From the NCBI GenBank assembly GCA_016291905.1, contig JAEEZS010000067.1, positions 7,926-71,925 of the forward strand: a DNA stretch of 64,000 bases, given 5' to 3'. Shown here one piece after another: positions 55,288 through 64,000 of this stretch (position 1 is the stretch's first letter; each line of letters starts with the position of its first letter). A program made the position numbers and the translations under genes. Source of the DNA: Bacteroidaceae bacterium. GTDB lineage: Bacteria > Bacteroidota > Bacteroidia > Bacteroidales > Bacteroidaceae. The notes beneath the pieces are model-generated. The model was not told where the DNA came from. It saw nothing but the letters and a program-made list of their open reading frames with translations, and did not search any database.

Positions 55288-55530
55288 CTACAGTTTCTCT
55301 TTGTCAGCCTCAAAGAAACAATTATAATCGGCATTATCACGCATGATAACCAAATCGGAGAACAAAGCGCCATCTTCCTTCGAGAAGAGTCCACTCTTGA
55401 CATAATGCTCACCAAACAATGCCATTACACCCCGATGGCTTTTCACATTGTGGCCATCGCTTATCAGCAATGCTGGCCACCTGCCGGATGCTGTCTATAA
55501 CCTTTGTTCCTTCCATAAATCTATATCTCT
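55288..55530 (-). pseudogene. Decayed HEPN-domain (toxin-antitoxin type) gene remnant
   Basis: The 60-aa ORF ...LLISDGHNVKSHRGVMALFGEHYVKSGLFSKEDGALFSDLVIMRDNADYN matches the C-terminal two-thirds of HEPN proteins (KSHxGxxxxF...R..ADY). The N-terminal part is in another frame or behind a stop, and there is no MNT partner gene. Confidence 0.5.
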
Positions 55531-55655
55531 ATCAGACAAACGCCGCTGCAAAAAAAACGTATATAATGAGGAAAAGCAAGAAATTGGACGACTTTTTTAT
55601 ATGAAGCGAATGCTTTTTTCCCGAATATAGTTCCCAATGGGTTGTCCAGTTGTCT

Positions 55656-55822
55656 GGTCAAAGTGGTCATTTGGTCATTTGGTCATTTGTCATTTTCGTT
55701 TTCTGATTCGGTCATTTGCTCACTATATATAAATATAATATTTATTATATAGTGGCGGATTTTGACTCTTGGAAAACGATTTTGACCAAATGACCAAATG
55801 ACCAAATGACCGCACGCGAATC
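55656..55822. repeat. Structured element: inverted arms of (GGTCATTT)3-4 iterons around an AT-only palindromic core; the right arm lies within the 67-bp direct repeat copy 2 (55756-55822)
   Basis: Left arm ggtcaaagtggtcatttggtcatttggtcatttgtcatttt (55656-55696). Core cactatatataaatataatatttattatatagtg (55721-55754). Right arm ...gattttgaccaaatgaccaaatgaccaaatgacc (55773-55811). Confidence 0.85.
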
Positions 55823-56206
55823 AAAAAATCGGGCTCTAGTGCGATGTCATAACTTTTGGGGGTTTGATGTTTGATTACGACAAAGGTATCGGCTATTGGA
55901 GAAAAGCAAAGAATTATTGATGGAAGTTTGTGTTTCTAACATTTTCGATGGCACTATGCTCGTAGCGTTAAGGGCTGTGCCGACAGCGTTTAACTTTGTG
56001 CTCGTAGCGTTAAGGGCTGTGCCGACAGCCCATTGGGCTATAACAGTTCATAGTTCATAATTCATAGTTCATAATTCTTAGTTCATCCCACATTTGGACA
56101 AAAACTGAAAACAACCTACGCAAAAAAACGAGCGAGTTGCCGAAAATTACCCCAACGAAACGATGCAAAAACCAGAAAACCGTTTGGCGGGGTGGGATTG
56201 TTTTTG

Positions 56207-56214
56207 TACCTTTG
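56207..56214 (+). promoter_or_regulatory. -7 promoter box TACCTTTG
   Basis: It lies 29 nt upstream of the 56243 ATG. Confidence 0.55.
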
Positions 56215-56242
56215 CACCATCATCATCAACCAACCGCAAAAA

Positions 56243-57367
56243 ATGAGAATACTGACATGGATGACGGCTGCCCTCGTGGCCTTGACGGCCGGGGCGCAGC
56301 AGACAGGGAAGACGTTCACCGTAGTGAAAGAGCTGCCGATTACCAGCGTGAAAAACCAATACCGCAGCGGGACGTGCTGGGACTACGGCACACTGGGCTT
56401 CCTGGAGAGCGAGATACTGCGACGCACGGGCAGGACGTACGACCTGTGCGAGATGTACGTGGTGAACAAGGACTACATGGACTGCGCCACGCACTACGTG
56501 CGCATGCACGGCTACAGCCAGATCTCGGAGGGTGGCTCGTGCGACGACGTGGTGGAGGTCATACGCCAGCACGGCATCTGCCCCGAGGAGGCCATGCCGG
56601 CACCGGGCTCGCTGACGGGCGACTCGCTGGCGAACTTCAAGGTGTTCTTCCCCGAGCTGGAGCGCACGGTGAGCAGCATCGTCAGGCCTGCCGCCGACCT
56701 CAACCGCATCACCGAAGGAGACCCCTCGGTGGCCGTCGTGAAGGAGCCGCGACCCCATTGGCGCGACAGCGTGCAGGCGGTGATAGAGAGGTACGTGGGC
56801 CGCTGCCCCGAGACGTTTGTCTATGAGGGGAAGACCTACACGCCACAGTCGTTTGCCGAGAGCTTGGGGCTGGACCTCGACGACTACGTGAGCCTGACGA
56901 GCTTCACGCACCATCCGTTTGGCGAGTGGTTCGTCATAGAGGCTCCCTACAAGTGGCGGCTGAAGCCGAGCTACAACATCCCCATCGAGCAGCTGATGGA
57001 GGTGCTGGACAGGGCGCTGGACGCGGGCTACACGGTGGCATGGGGCGGCGACGTGACGGGCGACTTCCTGCGCAAGGAGGGGCTGGCCATGCTGCCCGAC
57101 GGCGTGGTGCCCACACAGCAGCTACGGCAGGAGCAGTGGGACGACTGGCGCTTCACCTACGACCACGTGATGCTCATCTATGGCAAGGCGACGGACGAGG
57201 CGGGGAAGCCCTACTACCTGGTGAAGAACTCGTGGGGCGAGAGCGGACCGTACAAGGGCACGTGGTATATGTCACGCGACTACATGGCGCTGAACACCAC
57301 CTACCTGTTCCTGAACCGTCACGCGCTGCCCAGGGCGCTGCGCAAGGCCGTTCATAGACTTTTTTAG
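56243..57367 (+). CDS. Secreted C1-family (papain/aminopeptidase C-like) cysteine peptidase
   Basis: The start MRILTWMTAALVALTAGAQQ gives a signal peptide. Active-site Cys motif VKNQYRSGTCWDYG. C-terminal NSWGESGPYKG block. Confidence 0.8.
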   Translation: MRILTWMTAALVALTAGAQQTGKTFTVVKELPITSVKNQYRSGTCWDYGTLGFLESEILRRTGRTYDLCEMYVVNKDYMDCATHYVRMHGYSQISEGGSCDDVVEVIRQHGICPEEAMPAPGSLTGDSLANFKVFFPELERTVSSIVRPAADLNRITEGDPSVAVVKEPRPHWRDSVQAVIERYVGRCPETFVYEGKTYTPQSFAESLGLDLDDYVSLTSFTHHPFGEWFVIEAPYKWRLKPSYNIPIEQLMEVLDRALDAGYTVAWGGDVTGDFLRKEGLAMLPDGVVPTQQLRQEQWDDWRFTYDHVMLIYGKATDEAGKPYYLVKNSWGESGPYKGTWYMSRDYMALNTTYLFLNRHALPRALRKAVHRLF

Positions 57368-57416
57368 TTAAGAGTCGTTTGTTGGTTAAGAATTAAGAGT
57401 TAAGAGTTAAGAAAAA

Positions 57417-57457
57417 ATGTCCCGTTTGCAGTACACCGCTTACGGGGCATTTTTTTC
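57417..57457 (+). terminator. Rho-independent terminator after the peptidase gene
   Basis: atgtcccg ... cggggcat stem (one G-U pair) followed by T7. Confidence 0.7.
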
Positions 57458-57576
57458 TTCATTCTTCATTTTTCATTGTGCGAAGCGCGACATTTTGTCA
57501 GCCGGCGGGGGAGTGGCAGACTTTTTGCACACGGTGGTTTGTGGAAATGAACAACCAAACAAATCGACATAGCACT

Positions 57577-59628
57577 ATGCAAAAAGGTAACATCGGGGTT
57601 ACGACAGAGAACATCTTCCCCGTCATCAAAAAGTTCCTCTATTCCGACCATGAGATTTTCCTGCGCGAGATGGTGTCGAACGCCGTCGACGCCACGCAGA
57701 AGCTGAAGACCGTGCAGCTGAAGGGCGACTTCAACGGCGAGCTGGGCGACCTGACCATCCGCGTCGCACTCGACAAGGAGAAGGGCACCATCACCATCAG
57801 CGACCACGGCGTGGGCATGACCGAGGAGGAGATTGACAAGTACATCAACCAGATTGCCTTCTCGGGCGCCAACGACTTCCTGGAGAAGTACAAGAACGAC
57901 GCGGGCGCCATCATCGGACACTTCGGACTGGGCTTCTACAGCGCCTTCATGGTGTCGAAGTCGGTGGACATCGTCACCCGCTCGTATCAGGAGGGGGCGA
58001 AGGCGGTGAAGTGGACGTGCGACGGCTCGCCCGAGTTCACCATGACCGAGGCCGACCGCGCCGAACGTGGCACGGACATCGTGCTCCACATCGACGACGA
58101 CTGCAAGGAGTTCCTCGAGGAGGGCCGCCTCGAAGGGCTGCTGCGCAAGTACTGCCGCTTCCTGCCCATCGCCATCGCCTTCGGCAAGAAGAAGGAGTGG
58201 AAGGACGGCAAGCAGGTGGAGACCGACGAGGACAACATCGTCAACAACACCAACCCCCTGTGGACGCGCACGCCCAGCGAGCTGAAGGACGAGGACTACC
58301 GCACGTTCTACCGCGACCTCTACCCGATGTCGGACGAGCCGCTGTTCTGGATTCACCTCAACGTGGACTACCCCTTCCACCTCACCGGCATCCTCTACTT
58401 CCCCCGCGTGAAGAGCAGCATCGACCTGCAGCGCAACAAGATTCAGCTGTTCTGCAACCAGGTGTTCGTGACCGACTCGGTGGAGGGCATCGTGCCGGAC
58501 TTCCTGACGCTGCTGCACGGCGTCATCGACAGCCCCGACATTCCGCTGAACGTCAGCCGCAGCTACCTGCAGAGCGACGCCAATGTGAAGAAAATCTCCA
58601 CCTACATCACCAAGAAGGTGAGCGACAGGCTGAGCGCCATCTTCAAGGACAACCGCAAGGAGTTTGAGGAGAAGTGGGACAACCTGAAAATCTTCATCAA
58701 CTACGGCATGCTGACGCAGGACGACTTCTACGAGAAGGCCGAGAAATTTGCCCTGCTGAAGGACACCGATAATAAGTACTACACCTACGACGAGTACAAG
58801 ACGCTCATCAGTGCCAACCAAACTGACAAAAATGGCAATCTTGTCTATCTGTACGCTGCCAACCCCGAGGAGCAGTACACCTACATCCAGACGGCCGAGG
58901 CAAAGGGCTACAATGTGCTGCTGCTGGACGGCCAGCTGGACGTGGCGATGGTGAGCCTCTGGGAGCGCAAGACGGAGAAGACACGCTTTGCCCGCGTGGA
59001 TGCCGACGTGCTGGACCGCCTGATTGAGAAGGACGACACCAACGTGGGCGAGGTGGATGCCGACAAGCGGCTGAGCCTCTCCACCATCTTCGAGAGTTCC
59101 ATGCCCAAGCGGGAGAAGGTGGAGTACCATGTGGAGACTGCCTGCCTGGGCGAGACGGCTGTGCCCGTGATGATTACACAGAGTGAATACATGCGCCGCA
59201 TGAAGGAGATGGCTGCCATTGAGAGCGGCATGGGCTTCTACGGCGAGATGCCCGACATGTACACCGTGGTGGTGAACGCCGACCACCGGCTGGTGAAGAG
59301 CATCCTCGACGCCGAGGACGGCGCCTGCAGCGAGAAACTCCGTCCGCTGATGGAGGAGAACACACGGCTGCGTGCCCGCCAGGACGAGCTGGAGGCTGCC
59401 CACAAGGGGAAGAAGGACGATGAAATCCCCGTGCCGGAGAAGGACGAGCTGAACACCCTGAAGGAGCGCATCGAGGCTATCCGCCACGAGCGTGAGGAGA
59501 TCCTCCGCGCCTTTGCTGCCGACAACACCACCGTGCACCAGCTAGTGGACCTTGCCCTGCTGCAAAACGGCATGCTGAAGGGCGAAGCCTTAGCCAACTT
59601 CGTCAGACGTAGCTTTGAAGTGCTGTGA
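57577..59628 (+). CDS. htpG: Molecular chaperone HtpG (Hsp90 family)
   Basis: The start MQKGNIGVTTENIFPVIKKFLYSDHEIFLREMVSNAVDA is the canonical HtpG N-terminal ATPase signature, and the GHFGLGFYSAFMV motif is present. Confidence 0.95.
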   Translation: MQKGNIGVTTENIFPVIKKFLYSDHEIFLREMVSNAVDATQKLKTVQLKGDFNGELGDLTIRVALDKEKGTITISDHGVGMTEEEIDKYINQIAFSGANDFLEKYKNDAGAIIGHFGLGFYSAFMVSKSVDIVTRSYQEGAKAVKWTCDGSPEFTMTEADRAERGTDIVLHIDDDCKEFLEEGRLEGLLRKYCRFLPIAIAFGKKKEWKDGKQVETDEDNIVNNTNPLWTRTPSELKDEDYRTFYRDLYPMSDEPLFWIHLNVDYPFHLTGILYFPRVKSSIDLQRNKIQLFCNQVFVTDSVEGIVPDFLTLLHGVIDSPDIPLNVSRSYLQSDANVKKISTYITKKVSDRLSAIFKDNRKEFEEKWDNLKIFINYGMLTQDDFYEKAEKFALLKDTDNKYYTYDEYKTLISANQTDKNGNLVYLYAANPEEQYTYIQTAEAKGYNVLLLDGQLDVAMVSLWERKTEKTRFARVDADVLDRLIEKDDTNVGEVDADKRLSLSTIFESSMPKREKVEYHVETACLGETAVPVMITQSEYMRRMKEMAAIESGMGFYGEMPDMYTVVVNADHRLVKSILDAEDGACSEKLRPLMEENTRLRARQDELEAAHKGKKDDEIPVPEKDELNTLKERIEAIRHEREEILRAFAADNTTVHQLVDLALLQNGMLKGEALANFVRRSFEVL

Positions 59629-59630
59629 AA

Positions 59631-59758
59631 AGTTAGGAGTTAAGAATTAAGAGTTATGAAAAATAGTTGGGAAACGGGATTGTCCGCCGGCGACAGAGGG
59701 AAAAAGGGATGTCGCATATAAAGCATTTTCTCTTAACTCTTAACTCTTAATTCTTAAC
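59631..59758. repeat. Inverted repeat of TTAAGAG-type words between convergent htpG and the DUF2007 gene
   Basis: gttaagaattaagagtta (59638-59655) pairs with taactcttaattcttaac (59740-59757), a perfect 18-bp match. The same 28-nt word string also occurs at 57386-57413. Confidence 0.8.
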
Positions 59759-59765
59759 TAAAAAA

Positions 59766-59999
59766 CTATTCCTCCTCTGTCACTTCAAGCACCGCCTTAG
59801 CCGCGGGAAGGTCATGCTCCAGTACCTCCACGTCGAAGATGCTTGGAAATGCGTAGGGGGAGGTGTACATGGTGACACCCGTACTCCGGTCGCGAATGGC
59901 TGATAGGATGCCCTCTGCCTTCAGACGGCCCACGACCAGCTCAGCCTCGAAAAGTTCGTTGCAGGTCTTGACGATGACCATTTTTTCTTCATCTAACAT
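59766..59999 (-). CDS. DUF2007-like small protein (putative signal-transducing, PII-like fold)
   Basis: 77 aa. MVIVKTCNELFEAELVVGRLKAEGI... is typical of DUF2007. A TATATTTG box lies on the minus strand at 60027-60034. Confidence 0.65.
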   Translation of the reverse strand: MLDEEKMVIVKTCNELFEAELVVGRLKAEGILSAIRDRSTGVTMYTSPYAFPSIFDVEVLEHDLPAAKAVLEVTEEE

Positions 60000-60130
60000 A
60001 AGTGGAAATCTTTCTGTTCAGCGGGGCAAATATAGACATCCTTTCTCGAACCGCCAAGCAACGTGCTCTTTTTTTACTAATAATATGGTTAAAAACACAA
60101 AATTTACTTTGTAGAACGTGCGTTTTAACG

Positions 60131-60138
60131 TACCTTTG
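60131..60138 (+). promoter_or_regulatory. -7 promoter box TACCTTTG for lon
   Basis: It lies 22 nt upstream of the 60160 ATG and supports the internal start. Confidence 0.55.
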
Positions 60139-60159
60139 CACCAATTTTCCGAAGACTAT

Positions 60160-62639
<2,480 letters not shown>

Positions 62640-62643
<4 letters not shown>

Positions 62644-63770
62644 CGTTTGAGCTGACTGCCACCGACTGCCAGACTAATGCCCGCGCCGGGCGTATAACCA
62701 CCGACCACGGTGTTATCGAGACACCCATCTTCATGCCGGTGGGGACGGTGGGCTCGGTGAAGGCGGTGCAGCTCTACGAACTGAAGGACGACATCAAGGC
62801 GCAGATTATCCTCGGCAACACCTACCACCTCTACCTCCGCCCGGGGCTCAACGTCTTGGAGCGGGCAGGGGGACTGCATCGCTTCAACGGCTTCGACCGC
62901 CCCATGCTCACCGACAGCGGCGGCTTTCAGGTGTTCTCCCTCAGCGGCATCCGCAAGATGACCGAGGAGGGCGTGGAGTTCCGCAGCCATATCGACGGCT
63001 CGAAGCTCTTCTTCTCCCCCGAGGGGGTGATGGACATCGAGCGCACCATCGGCGCCGACATCATGATGGCCTTCGACGAGTGTACTCCCGGCACGGCCGA
63101 CTATGCCTACGCCAAGCAGTCGATGGAGCGCACCCACCGCTGGCTCGACCGCTGCTGGCAGCGTTTCAACGAAACCGAGCCGAAGTACAGCTACCGGCAG
63201 AGCCTTTTCCCCATCGTGCAGGGCTGCACCTATCGCGACCTCCGTGAGCAGTCGGCCGAGAAAGTCGCCTCGCTGGGTGCCGACGGTAATGCCATCGGAG
63301 GACTGGCGGTGGGAGAGCCCACGGAGGTGATGTATGAGATGATTGAGCTGGTGAACGCCATACTGCCGAAGGACAAGCCCCGCTACCTGATGGGCGTGGG
63401 CACCCCTGCCAACCTCCTGGAGGCCATCGAGCGGGGCGTGGATATGTTCGACTGCGTGATGCCCACCCGCAACGGGCGCAACGGTATGCTCTTCACCAAG
63501 CACGGCATCATGAACATGAAGAACGAGAAGTGGAGCACCGACTTCAGCCCCATCGAGGAAGAGGGCGCCAGCCGCGTCGATACCCTCTACAGCCGTGCCT
63601 ATCTGCGCCACTTGTTCCATTCGCAGGAGTTCCTTGCCATGCAGATTGCCTCGGTTCACAACCTGGCGTTCTACCTCTGGCTCGTGGGCGAGGCACGACG
63701 TCACATCATCAATGGCGACTTTGCCGCGTGGAAGCGCGCCACCCTGCCCGAAGTAACCCGCCGCCTATGA
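62640..63770 (+). CDS. tgt: Queuine tRNA-ribosyltransferase (tRNA-guanine transglycosylase)
   Basis: The start [36 protein letters not shown] forms an ATGA overlap with the lon stop. Motifs LTDSGGFQVFSL and a CxCxxC-like Zn site region. Confidence 0.95.
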
Positions 63771-64000
63771 AGATAAGGGATAAGCTTTTCAAGCGCATCG
63801 ATGGCTACATCATCGGCAAGTTCCTGGGCACCTTCTTCTTCTCGTTGGCGCTCATCCTTGCCATCGCCGTGGTGTTCGACTACAACGAGCACGTTGACCA
63901 GTTCGTGCAGAACGAAGCCCCCTGGCATGCCATCATCTTCGACTACTACCTGAACTTCATCCCCTATTTCGGGCATCTGTTCAGCCCGCTGTTTGTCTTC
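63767..64000 (+). CDS. LptF/LptG-family (YjgP/YjgQ) permease, 5' fragment running off the window
   Basis: Hand translation gives MKIRDKLFKRIDGYIIGKFLGTFFFSLALILAIAVVFDYNEHVDQFV..., which overlaps the tgt stop (ATGA). It is not in the ORF track because no stop lies in the window. Confidence 0.7.
   Translation, partial: MKIRDKLFKRIDGYIIGKFLGTFFFSLALILAIAVVFDYNEHVDQFVQNEAPWHAIIFDYYLNFIPYFGHLFSPLFVF

Noticed and set aside
55059-56088. Repeat arrays considered as a CRISPR array
   Set aside because: The units are 7-8 bp words or two 31-nt copies without unique spacers of 25-40 nt, and no cas genes are present. The architecture is inverted-repeat or palindromic rather than repeat-spacer.
57466-59538. 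690-aa ORF antisense to htpG. Similar long antisense ORFs lie at 62538-63704 (tgt), 61504-62568 (lon), 33946-35115 (rfbB), 32636-33970 (DUF853), 29291-30505 and 30799-32139 (mutB/mutA), 44043-44669 and 45120-46178 (patatin), 46549-47202 and 47362-47895 (fucosidase), 47885-48979 (WYL), 56147-56914 (peptidase), and 22401-22973 and 23553-24188 (MscS)
   Set aside because: All are mirror-frame ORFs opposite genes with unambiguous conserved motifs. Their compositions are typical of GC-rich antisense frames, so they are treated as non-coding.

Overview
The window looks like a Bacteroidales (Prevotellaceae-like) chromosome. Three things support this: many Bacteroidetes-type -7 promoter boxes (TAnnTTTG) sit 20-60 nt upstream of start codons, there are no Shine-Dalgarno sites, and it carries type V (Mfa/FimA-like) pilus genes and a T9SS C-terminal sorting domain. 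All coordinates of short motifs were counted by hand and may be off by 1-2 nt.

Layout:
(1) 1-21.9 kb, minus strand. One long type V pilus operon: DUF3575 barrel, DUF3868/OmpA-like protein, Mfa1-like major pilin, Mfa2-like anchor and a second Mfa1-family pilin. These are followed by a tandemly duplicated module of [pilin-like lipoprotein + giant secreted protein of about 2000 aa or more]. The last giant gene runs off the left edge and is missing from the ORF track.
(2) 22.4-35.1 kb. Housekeeping genes: MscS-like channel, GH127-like enzyme, ABC-F ATPase, methylmalonyl-CoA mutase mutA/mutB, a DUF853 HerA-like ATPase and rfbB.
(3) 35.4-39.3 kb. A strongly AT-rich island of five small co-directional genes of unknown function, including a ComF-like phosphoribosyltransferase and a DUF4160-like protein. 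It ends at an unusual structured repeat element.
(4) 39.6-48.0 kb. GC-rich core genes: BASS transporter, GH51 arabinofuranosidase, patatin-like outer-membrane phospholipase, GH29 fucosidase, and convergent tRNA-Val and tRNA-Arg.
(5) 48.0-56.1 kb. A second AT-rich island and the best candidate for an undescribed system. A WYL regulator is followed by HIRAN, Zn-ribbon, vWA, a 458-aa unknown with a PUA/EVE-like C-terminus, an ADP-ribosylglycohydrolase and a GmrSD-type DUF262/DUF1524 nuclease. A decayed HEPN gene and the same kind of structured repeat element follow.
(6) 56.2-64 kb. Housekeeping genes: C1 peptidase, htpG, DUF2007, lon, tgt and a partial LptF/G permease.

No integrase, transposase, CRISPR array or rRNA was seen. 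The many long ORFs antisense to the GC-rich genes are judged to be shadow ORFs.
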